A DNA stretch of 64,000 nucleotides, taken from positions 55,508,651-55,572,650 of the forward strand of contig NC_068989.1 in NCBI RefSeq assembly GCF_001194135.2, in the 5' to 3' direction. Positions within the stretch are counted from its first letter, which is position 1, and the number at the start of each line of letters is the position of its first letter. Below, in pieces: positions 38,590 through 51,640 of the stretch. The notes under the pieces were generated by a model. It saw nothing but the letters and a program-made list of their open reading frames with translations. It was not told the origin of the DNA and ran no database searches. The DNA is from Octopus bimaculoides. Lineage: Eukaryota. A program made the position numbers and the translations under genes.

Positions 38590-39110
38590 AAATAAAGAAC
38601 AACTGGAAGTTCTAGCCAGACAACTTACTGTAAGCAACAGACCAGATGTGTGGCTTGTGCAAGATGACAAATAGATGGAAGGTGACAATAGAACTGTGAA
38701 TAAAATCCCAAAACTCGAGAGACAGGCCTAGAAAGGGAGCATGACTGGAAAAAAAAAAAGGTAGTAAAAAGGCAATATCATGTAGGCATGATGCATAATT
38801 AGTAAAGAGAGAAACTGGAAAAGGTTTGCATATGTTCTGCAAACATGAGAATCAAAGACGGAAGACGTTCCAGACTACAGGGCAGTGTACCAGACAGAAT
38901 CAAGAAAATGAAGAAGAGAAGTATGCACAAAATGATAACAGGATACATGCTCTTACTCATTCAGTAAAGAAAAAGGCACGGAAGTACTATTATGAGAGAT
39001 TGTTGAATGAGAATACATAGGATAAAGTGGGCCTTCAGAGGGAACAGCTATTCAAGTTGACAGCAGTATGGTAGATAGGGCAATTAGAGATATGGAAGTA
39101 GGAAAGTTAC
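38590..39110 (+). mobile_element. RTE LINE fragment (endonuclease-RT linker)
   Basis: ..KKARKYYYERLLNEN.. resembles the RTE W..HYERLLNEEN motif. Confidence 0.7.
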
Positions 39111-39119
39111 CAGGTCTTT

Positions 39120-39900
39120 CCCTAGAACACTAAGCTTACAATGAGGAATCCCACACACCTCTTATCTTCTTTCTTTCATCTTTTCCTCTAGCTGAGGGCC
39201 AGTTTCTCTTCTTGCTACTTGATATTGCTCTTTGCTATCCCCTTTCTTTCAGCTTTTTTTTTTTTTTATCAAACTGATCCCTTATAGCTGTTCCTATATA
39301 GCTGTTCACCACCATGTCACTCTTCGTTTTTAGGGGGTGGGCCATTGTTCCAGCTAGAGATTCAGCCAGCTGCCATCAGTAGGTTATCAAGCAAGAACTC
39401 AGTTGTCTTCATGCTCTATGTCTGTATCTTTTTTTCCATCTCCTAATATGCATCAATAAATTAGTTGTCAAAACCTATCGTTGGCTGAAAGTTCCTTCAG
39501 CATTCATTTTCTCCTCCTCCAGACTGTCTAGCTCTTAACCTGAAATTACTAACCATGAGTCTATGTTGAGTAGTACACTCTTCACCAGGAAACCATCACA
39601 TTTCCTGATAACAAGTCTAGCATCTCTGTTAACTTGATTGATAAATAATCAGGTAATAGACCACCAATTTCCTGAAATTGGTGTTGCAAATGGTTAGGTC
39701 ATTTGCATCACAGAACTGATAGAGCCTTGATCATTCCTTATTCCCTGTACAATAACCATATCCATCACAAACACCAGAGAAGTCATTGTAATGCTATCCA
39801 ACATGTCTGTTAAAATCACCAGCCATGCTAAAATGATTGCTGTCAACTATTTTGGATATAGACTGTAGCATTTTGGACGATGGATAATGTATATATGTTT
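39120..39900 (-). mobile_element. RTE LINE fragment (APE endonuclease and linker)
   Basis: Minus frames GDFNRHVG...FCDANDLTICNTNFRK...FPGEECTTQHRL are RTE APE motifs. Confidence 0.8.
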
Positions 39901-40004
39901 GGGGTTACTAACAAAAGAATGAGTACTCAATACAAGTAGTCATATTTATTTATTTGATGATTCATTTCTTCCCCGAGTTTCCTGTCATGCATGGTTGCTT
40001 AGAT

Positions 40005-40254
40005 CAGTGGTTCTCAACCATATTTTGCCTATGGAACCTCTTGATTCCTATTTTATTCTACTGGACTCTCATAGCTATTTGATGTTTAAAAAAAATTCTA
40101 TTATATATTCTTATACTTAAATATTATTAAGAATTGTATAAAAAAAATTGTTAAAATATTGCAGAAGTATAATCAATTTATTGCACATAAATTTTAACAA
40201 CAAAATCTTATGTGGACTCCCAAGGGCCATATGAACCCCGGTTGAGAGCCACTG
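40005..40254. mobile_element. hAT-type MITE
   Basis: TIRs cagtggttctcaacc / ggttgagagccactg; TSD gcttagat / gtttagat (7/8). Confidence 0.9.
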
Positions 40255-40689
40255 GTTTAGATGACAAGAAAATGTGTTTGTACAACTCATATACACACAT
40301 TGTATCTATTTAGTCAGAATGGAGCAAACTTTTTAAAAGATTAATGTTCAAGAAATGTACTGACCACTTATCGTTGCAGTCACTAATATTCAGGGAAATG
40401 GAAAGACATTTTATCTGATAAGAAAACTTAGAAGTTTTCTATGACAAATAAAAAAGAGAAAAAGTTGTATTTATCAAATATTTCTATATATCAATGAAGC
40501 TGATAATACCATTGATATAGGTTTTTCTCAGAAACAACACATACACTAAAGCTTTCTTAAATGACACAATTAAAACAACACCCCACTCTTTTTCCCTCTC
40601 TCTCTTTCTCCCTCTCACTCACTCCCTCTCCTTGCACACAGATACTCTCTCCTTAAATAAGCTGAAAATTGCTTTCTAAGGAGCTTAAA

Positions 40690-41250
40690 ATGGCTTACAT
40701 ACTGTTTGTATTTTTGTGTGTGTGAAAATAGGTTGGAAAAGGTTTAGAATGCCATTATTACCTCTGCTTGCAATAAAGGGATTCTTTCCCAGAGCAAAAA
40801 GCAGACTGCAAGATATTTGTGTATGGAGTGCAATGCTGTATGGTAGTAGATGAAGGCCTTGAATGCAGAAGATTTGCAAAGACTAGAAAGAAACCAAGTG
40901 AGAATGCTCTGCTGATTGTGTGAAGTTAGTGTGCACAAACAAACAAATGAGCTGAGAGAAAAACTGGATATAAACAAACAATCAGATGAAATGTGGTATA
41001 CAAAAGAAAAGACTGTGCTGGTATGGACATGTAATGCATATGGAGGAAGACAGCAGCATTAGGAAGTGCTGAGTGCTCAAGGAGACTCGAACCTGTGAAA
41101 GAAGAAAGGCTGATGAAGAGTTAGGATAAAATAGTGAAGACTTATCCCAAGATGTTGCATTTCACAAGAGAAATGACAAAGGAATGTGTTGATTAGCAGT
41201 ATGTGATGTAGGAAGAAGACCCAACCACTCATGCAAGCATGGCAAAATGT
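40690..41250 (+). mobile_element. RTE LINE 3' fragment
   Basis: ..ELREKLDI..KRLCWYGHVMHMEEDS.. matches the RTE LRWYGHV motif. Confidence 0.8.
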
Positions 41251-41509
41251 ATGATGATATTTGGATAGTGATGAAGGCGCATAGTTGTAAGATCACGCCT
41301 TCAAATTCTCAGGCAGCTCATAACTTATATCTCTCTGTTCTGCTCAACTGAAATTATTTCAGAGCAGCAGCAGCAGCTAGCAGGTTAACTTATGACAAGC
41401 ACACACCCCAAGCAGGGAAAGTATTGTGCTCTCAGTTACTCATATACTTTGGAAGCCAGGAAATGTGTCAGCCTAATGAGCCTGTAGGCTTGAAGCAGAC
41501 TTTAGTTTG

Positions 41510-41785
41510 AATATAGACATCAATGATGGTCTCTGTCATTCAAAATCTACTATAAAGATATCATTGCCTGTCTTTGTCCATTCAATATCTACTATACAAT
41601 CATCACTGATGGTCTCTGTCCATTCAATATCTACAATAATAGTGCTGCTGGTCTCTATCCATTCAGTGTCCACTATATAGACGTCCACAACAGTCATTGA
41701 CTATTCAATATTTACTGTATACAGATATCAGTGATGGTCTATATCCATTTAGTATCCATCATAAAGGTATCAGTGATGGCCTCTT
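41510..41785. repeat. Degenerate minisatellite of about 40 bp (gatggtctctgtccattcaatatctacta)
   Basis: 6-7 diverged units visible. Confidence 0.8.
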
Positions 41786-43522
41786 TAATTCTGGTCAGTA
41801 ATTTACTCAATAATTTAAAACATTACGAGGTGTTGCCTTGTAACATTGCTAACAAACGCCGGAAGCAGAAACTAACTTGATCCAAAATTTCTAAATGGTA
41901 ATTACTAAAGAGTCGTTATAGCTAGAAAATATATAATGGCAACATTCAGTACTTGTAATATTTTGATCATTTGGAATACTGGTATTGTTATTATGAAAAA
42001 TCTAAGATTAATAATAGTTCATTTGGATTATGGTAACTATTATTAAGAGAGAGTGGGGGAGAAGTTATAGGGAAACAGAATGGGAGAAAATTGAAAGAAT
42101 CTATATTTGATCAAAATTACAGCTGTGTTTTATCACATGAGACTCTAAAACAATGCAAGCTCTCAGACAAAATCCATTCAAAGCTCAGTCAGTGGGGCAA
42201 AAAAAAAAAAAAATTAACAAAGATGAGAGTCAGAAATTCATTACAACCAAATTTAATAGGTTTGTACTGATTTATATTTTAGTTTACAGTTTCAATAATA
42301 AAGCAGAGAGTGGCATGACTTCTGAATTAGTTACAAAGGTTTTAGAGATATTCCAAAGACCAAATATGAAGTTGAGAGTTCTAGGTCTTTTGCATAGTGT
42401 TATAGACATTCAAAAACCAAAAGGAAAAAAAAAAACTGAAAACCAGTCTCATCAAACACAGAATTTCTTAAATATAAATAACCCCTTCTAAACACGATAT
42501 TACAATAATTCCTAAGTTTTCATTTCTGTAGAGTTTGCATCAACAAAAAGAACAGCTAACCATAGTTTAAAATTCCATAGCTGACATTCACAGAGATACA
42601 AGTTTGATGTTGATATTTATAAAAGAAGCTTTTCAATAATTCAAGTATTTTAATTAGAGCATGATAGAGGTTTCAACTAATAAACACAGAGTACAAGATG
42701 TAGACAACTAAATTAATTAGTAGAAGATATTGGATATAATGAATAACAATTTCCAATCAAAAGATTTACAAGATTAAAATTCAGTCCTAACATAAGAACT
42801 TGTATATATTTTGTTGTTGTTCTTTAGTAAACAAGTCAACTCTTATTAAGCAAATTTTTGATTAAATGTATTTCAACCAGGACCATCCCGTCTACTTAGG
42901 GCTGTCTAGTTCTTCATTATCTGCAGTGTTCTTCCATTTTTTTAAATGATTTGAGAGATTTTTTCCAATATTTTGGGCTGGTTGAGCAACTGTATAAAGG
43001 CTCTCTAGTTGATAAGTATAAATAGTATATATATATACATACATACATGGTAAATGTTTTTATTTTTCATTCCCTTCGAAATTTTATCACTAATAGTGGT
43101 TTGGAACTTAGCTGTTCTTTCTAGCGTGAGGGAATCCTATGATGGATACCTCTTATGTGTTTAAATGTACACTGTATTTATATGAATAGTGTATATATAT
43201 ATATATANNNNNNNNNNNNNNNNNNNNNNNNNNNNNNNNNNNNNNNNNNNNNNNNNNNNNNNNNNNNNNNNNNNNNNNNNNNNNNNNNNNNNNNNNNNNN
43301 NNNNNNNNNNNNNNNNNNNNNNNNNNNNNNNNNNNNNNNNNNNNNNNNNNNNNNNNNCATCAGTTGTTGGCTGCCCTTGAAACGAGAAGTAGACAACTGA
43401 TGAAGGGTCATTCTTTATGTTACTTGTCTTGTTTTCCATTTGTTTCTCTTGTTGTACGCATACCCAAGTTTTTCTTCATATTTCACGCTGTTTATGGTTT
43501 GTGACATCCTGCACCCATTACA

Positions 43523-43584
<62 letters not shown>

Positions 43585-44909
43585 CATATGTATGTATATA
43601 TGCATATATATATATATAAATTTTATTTACATTATATATATATATATATATATACAATGAAGGAAAATATGAAAAAAATAAGGTTTATAAATGAAAAGAT
43701 AAATACAAATCCAGACTGATAGCATATACAAAGATTTCCTGGCCTGTGTAATGTGCATGACATACCATTACCTATATAAATATGGAGGCCTCAATAAAAT
43801 AAAGATAATAAACTAAATAGAAATAGATTAAATAATTTTATCACTTCTAATATAATCTAAAATGAAATTATCACTGTCAGTATGGCTGTTAAGTGTAGCT
43901 ACCGAGTAATTAGCATACCAGGAACTTTGATATTTTTTAAAGATTAACTTTTGTACTGAGCTAAGAATGACAAATGAAAAGAGTAAGGACCATAGAGAAA
44001 GAAAGAGAGAGAGAGAAAGAGAGACAGAAACAGAGAGACAGACAAACAAATGAAGCTGACAGAACACAGCAGATGTGTCTTCCTAAAAAGTGTCTGGAAG
44101 CCAACTTAAGATGTGTGCATGTTAAAAATACACAACTCCTGGTTCAAACAATGGTCGTCATGGAAAGTGGCTAACAAGCACTTGCTATGGCAGTGACAAG
44201 AGATGAATGAACATATAATGCTTGCTGGCTCCCAGATAGCTATTGCAATGAATGATAGCTCTAGCTGACCTGCTTTTGACAGGCAAGGACAAGAGGAAAT
44301 GTTCCCTTGTATCCATAGAATTTGGAGATGGGAGGGATTCTAGAACACAATTTCATACCAAACTATACCAGTAGCAGCAGTACAAGCTGTGTTTTTCACT
44401 CTCTTGACATATATTGATTACTAACATTGTCTTTAAATACAATTTCACAGCACAATGAAATATCCACTCTTATTCAAACAAACATAACTGGCAAAAATAA
44501 CAATTTCTTTCAGAATAATTAAAATAATTTGACAAAGAGTTCATCATAGTAATTATGTTACAAGAATTTCTTTTTAACAACAACTAGAATGTTACAGAAA
44601 AAAATAATGGAACACATAAATTTAATTTTCATAGAAACGACACATTTTTTTTCTCACAAATGTTAGCATTTCACTAATATTAATTCTCCGGATACATAGG
44701 TTATACTCAGAGAAATGAGGTTGTAGTTTGAGGAGAATATATTCTTTAGAAGTTATAGTCCTATCCTTCTATTTTGTGTCCCGAAGTAGATTTATCATCT
44801 CTCCTTTGTGTTTCAGAGTAGATTTAACATCTCTCAGCTAGCAAGCCTACCTTCCATGAAGGGAGAGACAGACAGACAGACAGACAGACAAAGACAGAGA
44901 GACACTTAC

Positions 44910-44938
44910 CAGAGCTACTGCAATGGAGTCATTACAAC
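44910..44938 (-). CDS. Candidate 29-nt micro-exon (G)CNDSIAVAL
   Basis: Strong donor CTG|gtaagt; weak acceptor tattacaag|; only the phase 1 to 0 frame is open. Confidence 0.25.
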
Positions 44939-46614
44939 CTTGTAATACACAAAACAGGTATTACAAATCTAAATAACCCACAATACAACATATTCATTAC
45001 TCAAAGACAACATACAGATCAAATGCTATCACAATGCACACAAAGGTTAGGCCAACACTGATATATCACAGAAGCTAAACAAATATCATATGCCAATAAT
45101 TAAATTTTTTGATTTTGGCAAGGACAACACTTCAGCCCTAAACAACTGCATATTCTATAAAAGATATAAATATATTCAACACAAGTATATTGTTCATATA
45201 TACAAGCACACATGTCCTGGTAACCATTAAAAAAAAAAACTCATCAGTTTCATAGGTAAGCAAGCCTTCACTGACCAGCACTAAACTGTAGACCAACTTT
45301 TAAACTTTCCTCAATAGCTACTATAATGAATCTGCTCTCCTGAACCTGTTAACCACTTTTGTTCTGCCTCACCACTCCTATTGTGTTTTATCATTAAGAC
45401 TTTGTTCTAATTATGTTGTTCAACATTTCCTCCTTAGTACTATATCATTCCTTCCCATGTTTTGTCTTACAATAACTTTACTTCAAACTAAAGAAGTATA
45501 AGCCATATCAACTGGAACCAACAGTCACTCATTAACAGCTTAGTAAAGTTTAAAGACTGACAGAGCTAAAGGCTTGGTTTCTAAGATGGATTAATAAACG
45601 TAAAAAACAACTTGAAGTCATCTGCAAAATTTTCTGAAAACAAACTGTCTCTTATTTATCAATTTCAATTGCAGAAACTTCAAAATCACAATCTTCTAAG
45701 TAACATTTTTCTAAACTGAGTCTATATCTATATTTGAGCACTCTAAGAAACTTCAAAACTGTATCACCTGTGTTATTTACATTATTTACTGTATCACCTG
45801 TAAATCATCTTGTCAAAGATTCTCCATAGTAAACCTCTATTGTAAATGTTTAAGCTTTTAAAGTCTATCAAACATACAGGGAACACATGGTCTAGATTAG
45901 AAAAAACTATGAAATGAAGGAAACATTTGTTAAGCAGGACAAGAACTAATTATCCTGTGCTGAACTAGATTGAGTAAGTGGCAGAGATTTTGCTAACATT
46001 GAATTCTGTGTTCAAATTATACAGTTGGCTTAACATGAAGCAATAAAGTGAGTACTAATAGCACAATTGATTAAAATGTAGACCTTGACCATTTTTCTAT
46101 CTCTCAACTAAGCATTAAATGCTTAGACATTAACAGAATTATCTGGCAGCAATGACAATATAAAATGTCATTCTTCATCTAATCATCACATATAAAAATG
46201 CACACAATCTCACAACACTTATCTAGAATTTACATAACAAAAGCATCTGTGCTTTTCTGATTTCTTTAGAAGACTATTATTTCTTCCTCATACAACACAG
46301 AAATATACCAAAGTCTCATCTCTAATCGATAACGTGCGCACGCGCGCGTGGGGTGTGTGTGTGTATGTGTGTGTGTGTGTTACTATCACCTCTTCTTGAC
46401 ATCAAATCATAACTGTAAGCAAACATCACTATGAAGCAAACTGTCCTTTGTTTCCAATATTCTGTAAAACCTGGTCTGGCCAGAGGGAGATATTAACCTA
46501 CTTGGAAACAGGTGAGACTTGGCAACAGCAAGGTCATACAGCTATAGAAACTACTTCACAAAATTCCAACCAACCCATGCAATCATAGAAAATTGAACGT
46601 TAAAATGAAAATGA

Positions 46615-46852
46615 CAATGTATGTGTGTGTATGTATATATGTATACATATATGTACATATGTATGTATTTATGTCTGTACATATGCATGTATGTAAATAC
46701 ATATGTATGCATGCATGTATGTACATATGTATGTATGCATATATGTATGTACCTACATATGTATGTACATAAGTATGAATGTATGTACATATGTATGAAT
46801 ATATGTACATACATACGTACATACATACATACAAACGTATGTATGTATGTAT
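46615..46852. repeat. Compound (TATG/CATA)n microsatellite
   Basis: Seen directly. Confidence 0.95.
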
Positions 46853-47676
46853 AAACTCTTCTACAGCAGAAAAGACATGTAGCCTTAAAGATCTAACTAA
46901 TATTGCTTAATATGAACAGGTAAACAACGAAACGATATGTCTATAATGAAATCAAAACTGATCTACCAAATCTTAACACATTAAATGGCAGTGCCAAATT
47001 GGTCTGACATTTGCTATTATGTGAAGCAGACATTATTAAAGTAGGGAGGATGAATCACACGAGCTCTGTCTGCACTTAAGAAAAACATCATACACAAATA
47101 TGATAATTCATCAAACTGTAAAGCATGCTTAATGCAGAATTATCAAAATTTTGTTTTCCCATCCATGCGGACATTAACTCATCCTCTCGATTTTGCAGAA
47201 TTTTCTTCAGCAGTTTCTGTCAACTTTACCCAGTGGCTCAAATAACACAAATACCTTCCCACCACCATCTGTCCAAGATGCAATTATGCTAAGTAACTGC
47301 AAGAAGTTATCGAATATATATTGAGATTCTGACACTGCTTTCTGAGATATTTCTTTAATTTATCATAACAATAGCAACACCATGCAGTGTTGCATTCAGT
47401 GATCACCATCCACCATTCTGTAACAGATGTGAAAGATATATTCGAATATAAAATTAATATCAATCTACCAACGAAAAAAAAAAAAAAAAAATTGAAGATC
47501 ACTTCTGTGGTTAATATTCATAAGTATTTTTGTATGTATTTTGTATCACTATTATAGCCGCAATAGTTGAAAAGAATAAAAGAATTGGATTACTATATAC
47601 CTATGTGTGTGAAAATAATTCTATTGTATTGAATTTTCCATGCAACTGATTCTATTTCTTACATAATCCATACATC

Positions 47677-47718
47677 ATAATAATGATAAAAATAATAATA
47701 AAAATAATAATAATGATG

Positions 47719-47776
<58 letters not shown>

Positions 47777-47805
47777 TAAAAATAATAATAAAAATAATAA
47801 TAATG

Positions 47806-47852
<47 letters not shown>
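47677..47852. repeat. (AAT)n array with a higher-order duplication of about 90 bp
   Basis: gataaaaataataataaaaataataataatgat occurs at about 47685 and 47775. Confidence 0.9.
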
Positions 47853-47853
<1 letters not shown>

Positions 47854-48072
47854 GTATACACCCAATTAACTGTATAAAAAGGTAAAATTTCAGAAAAAAA
47901 AAAAATAGAAAGAAATGAATCACATCATTTTGCTTTGTAATAATTGATAAAAAACATTGGACTTTCTAGCTTCAGCAGTTTTGTGATAGTAGAGCAGACA
48001 CTCAAGTAATGAATCAATCAAGCAAAAAAAGAAAAAAGAAAAACAAAAAAATTGGATAACAACTCTGATATC

Positions 48073-48480
48073 TCAATGGTTATTAGTAATGAAAGGGGAA
48101 GGTGTGACAGCAGTGTTCAATAACCCACTTTGTTTAGAAAGTGTTAGATTAGCTTCAAAATAAAAAAAATAAAAACAAACATCATGAAGTCTTGCACTTG
48201 AGATATCTTGGAGTGGGATCTGTTGCACTCCCAGAACTTCTCCGCTCTCATAAAAGGTTACCTCCTTCAGAGATGTTTGCCCGACCGTTGCATGTGTGCA
48301 GGAGTCTGAGGATATATGCAGTTGCAAAGATGATTGTCCATAAGTGAAGTTGTGGGTCATATAACCCCAAAATAAACCTCTCTCATTGACTGGTTTCTGC
48401 CTTGGGCTGCAAATATCAGAATCCAATGTCTGCATGATGCATTTTACCGTATTCTTGTATCTTGCTTCACTCACAAGTGG
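48073..48480 (-). CDS. Candidate coding exon PLVSEARYKNTVKCIMQ...SARLHD (donor at 48180, or read-through to stop at 48073)
   Basis: Longest clean open frame in unique sequence on the right side; possible acceptor atgcctcag| at 48481; the other two minus frames are closed. Family not recognised. Confidence 0.4.
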   Translation of the reverse strand, partial: PLVSEARYKNTVKCIMQTLDSDICSPRQKPVNERGLFWGYMTHNFTYGQSSLQLHISSDSCTHATVGQTSLKEVTFYESGEVLGVQQIPLQDISSARLHDVCFYFFYFEANLTLSKQSGLLNTAVTPSPFITNNH

Positions 48481-48525
48481 CTGAGGCATGAGCATTCAGG
48501 ATAAAGCCTGGCTTCTGACCAAGAT
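48475..48525 (-). CDS. Alternative reading: 51-nt symmetric exon (D)LGQKPGFILNAHASAT
   Basis: Acceptor ataaacag|, strong donor CTT|gtgagt; overlaps the start of the previous candidate. Confidence 0.25.
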
Positions 48526-48798
48526 CTGTTTATACATACAAATATGTATGTGTATATATGAATTTATATAATACTTGTTTAGGGATTTCTAGCTTATGGA
48601 ATTTTTATTCTGTCTATGTATATATATGTAAATATCAAACAATGAGTGCTCAACACCACTTTCATGAATAAAGATTCTTTATTTGTGTATTAAGGATACC
48701 AATGGTTTCATGTTAAAAATTATCTTAACAATTCTTTTTCTCTGTGATCAGCTTGAAGAATTATTAAGATATTTTCTGTACATGAAACCAATGGCAGC

Positions 48799-48870
<72 letters not shown>

Positions 48871-49490
48871 NNNNNNNNNNNNNNNNNNNNNNNNNNNNNN
48901 NNNNNNNNNNNNNNNNNNNNNNNNNNNNNNNNNNNNNNNNNNNNNNNNNNNNNNNNNNNNNNNNNNNNNNNNNNNNNNNNNNNNNNNNNNNNNNNNNNNN
49001 NNNNNNNNNNNNNNNNNNNNNNNNNNNNNNNNNNNNNNNNNNNNNNNNNNNNNNNNNNNNNNNNNNNNNNNNNNNNNNNNNNNNNNNNNNNNNNNNNNNN
49101 NNNNNNNNNNNNNNNNNNNNNNNNNNNNNNNNNNNNNNNNNNNNNNNNNNNNNNNNNNNNNNNNNNNNNNNNNNNNNNNNNNNNNNNNNNNNNNNNNNNN
49201 NNNNNNNNNNNNNNNNNNNNNNNNNNNNNNNNNNNNNNNNNNNNNNNNNNNNNNNNNNNNNNNNNNNNNNNNNNNNNNNNNNNNNNNNNNNNNNNNNNNN
49301 NNNNNNNNNNNNNNNNNNNNNNNNNNNNNNNNNNNNNNNNNNNNNNNNNNNNNNNNNNNNNATTCACCCAATAAGGTAAGCTGCACAAGTTGTCTTGAGA
49401 CGACTTGTGCAATGTATTGTCTCCTCCTGTTTCACTGTACACAAATATGTTAAATATGACTAAACATGACTTCATGTATATCTTTGTATA

Positions 49491-49530
<40 letters not shown>

Positions 49531-50279
49531 ACTATATTTCACTCAACACTGCTTCATGTACATCTAAGATATATAGGGGGGGGGGGTATGTGTGTGTGTA
49601 TATGGGTGTGTATGTGTATATATATTTATTTATCAATATGTGTGTGTCTGTGTGTGCGTGTGTGTGTTTGTGCATATGTCAGCTGTTCTTAGCAGTATGC
49701 CAATAGTGTCATCTACTAATTTTGCAAAGTTGCAATGTGTTTAGAAAACCAATGACATCCTCTAGTTGTTGCAGTGACTCTTTAAAAGTTGACAATTCCA
49801 ATAAAACACATTGAACAAGTAGATCAGCCCGAGGTAGAGACAAAGAAGTTAACCTCTTAAGATATGGGAAACATATGTATGTTAGAAGAAATAAAACCTT
49901 TTGTTAGTTATTAGCTCAGTTTCAGGTTACACATAGAAATGCAGACATTGACATTTATTTTAGCAATGTTCTGTTCTCTACAAGAAACCCAGCCCTGTAG
50001 CAAATCTCATAAAGCACAGTTCTAGTTATTAATTAAAATAGAGCGATTGAAGGCAGTGATAAAGCTGGCGTTTATTGCAATGGCCATTAAATAAGCCCAA
50101 ACAGAAGTTGAGACTATAAATATATAGCAACAATAAAAGCAAATTATCTTTAGTATTCACTGCAATGTGGTAGTGATTACCTTCCCAGCCACACACATAC
50201 CTGACAAGTAGCATCATGTTCCAATGTCGGACTTCTTCCAGGTGACAGAAAGTTATCTTAATGAGATACCATTGCCTAC

Positions 50280-50304
50280 CTTTCTACGCCTGCTCTTTCT
50301 ACGA
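50280..50304 (-). CDS. Candidate 25-nt exon encoding the basic cluster RRKSRRRK
   Basis: atatttag|TCGTAGAAAGAGCAGGCGTAGAAAG|gtaggc; phase 2 to 0; CpGs retained; second donor CAG|gtatgt at 50200. Confidence 0.33.
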
Positions 50305-50330
50305 CTAAATATATATGTATGTATGTGCAT

Positions 50331-50363
<33 letters not shown>

Positions 50364-50921
50364 AAAAGAACAATTTGCCTCAACTTAATAACTGAAAGCA
50401 CATCTTCCCTTACACATTGAATTATTTACCTCCTAAGCACAATAGCTACAAGCATGCACATGCACCTATGTACACACACGCACACACACACACAAGCTTA
50501 CATGCACACAAACATACACACACACACACATACAAATCAGTCTCTGCTCCCACTGCCACTTCATGCTCAATTGTTACAATATCTCCCCCACCACCACCAC
50601 CACCACCACCTTGAAAAGGAATTGTCAAGCTATGAAAATGATACTGCAAGAGAATATTTGAGAAAATCAAAAAAACAAGACCGAGCTTGTCTGCCCATCA
50701 TGGGCAATTCCTTTTTGCCAGATTAGTATTTTTTACATAAATAATAATGCTATGAATAACAACTGAATAAACTGTACTTAATGCTATTTGTGAGGGGTCA
50801 TTAAGGAAAAGAGAAACGAAGTTAATCAAATTGATTTGGGATGAAAAGAGAAAACATGGAGAGCTGATTAGCACTAACAGTTTCACATAGAAATCAACAT
50901 TTTAATATTTACTTTCCTTAA

Positions 50922-51640
50922 GGCAGTGAGCTGGCAGAATCACTAACACAGAGGGGGTAAAATGCTTAGAGGTATTTCGTTAGCCCTTATGTTCTGAGTT
51001 CAAATTCCACCGAGGTCAACTGGCAAGGGCAAATGGAGTGTTGTGGTATGGATATGAGGTTGAGGAGAGATGAGGATCATATTCTGATGAGTGCCGGAGT
51101 TTAAAGTGAATGAACCGCGAAAGCGAGGTTGACCAAAGAAAATGTAGAGGGGAAGGTGGAGGAGGAGATTGGGAGGGGGCAGGTGGAGGAGGAGATTGGC
51201 TTGAGGAGGGAGGATGCCCAAAACTGGGCAAGATGGCAAGATTGTGTGAGAGCAGTTGCTATAAGAGTGAGGTAGATCCGGCCACCCCCATTAATGGGGA
51301 CAAACCCAGATTTAAAATATTGGAATTCATTCAATTGTTGAACACTGAGGCCGATGTAATCAATTTAGCCCCTCACCTAAAATTACTGGCCTTCTGCTAA
51401 AATTTGAAATTGTTATTTCCTTTAAGGCAGCGAGCTGAAAGAATCATTACTGTTCCAGAAAAAAAAATGCTTAGCAGCATTTCTTCCAGCGTTACATTCT
51501 GAGTTCAAATGTCACCAGGGTCGACTGCCTTTCATCCTTTCAGGATCGACAAAATAAGTACCAGTTGAATACTGGAACTGATGAAATGACTAACCTCCTC
51601 TACCAAACTTGCTGGCCTTGTGCCAAAATTTGAAATCAAT
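50922..51640 (+). mobile_element. Family-D SINE whose middle is replaced by an RTE 3' end (about 51020-51320), followed by a second family-D SINE
   Basis: SINE head to gaggtcaact; RTE-like ..tggtatgga..RDEDHIL..PRKRG.PKK..EDAQNWARWQDCVRA; SINE tail; second copy 51420-51640. Confidence 0.75.

Noticed and set aside
48420-48480. Mitochondrial-carrier resemblance of RYKNTVKCIMQT..RGLFWG
   Set aside because: Spacing is wrong and there are no PX[DE]XX[KR] motifs or TM helices, so no gene symbol was assigned.
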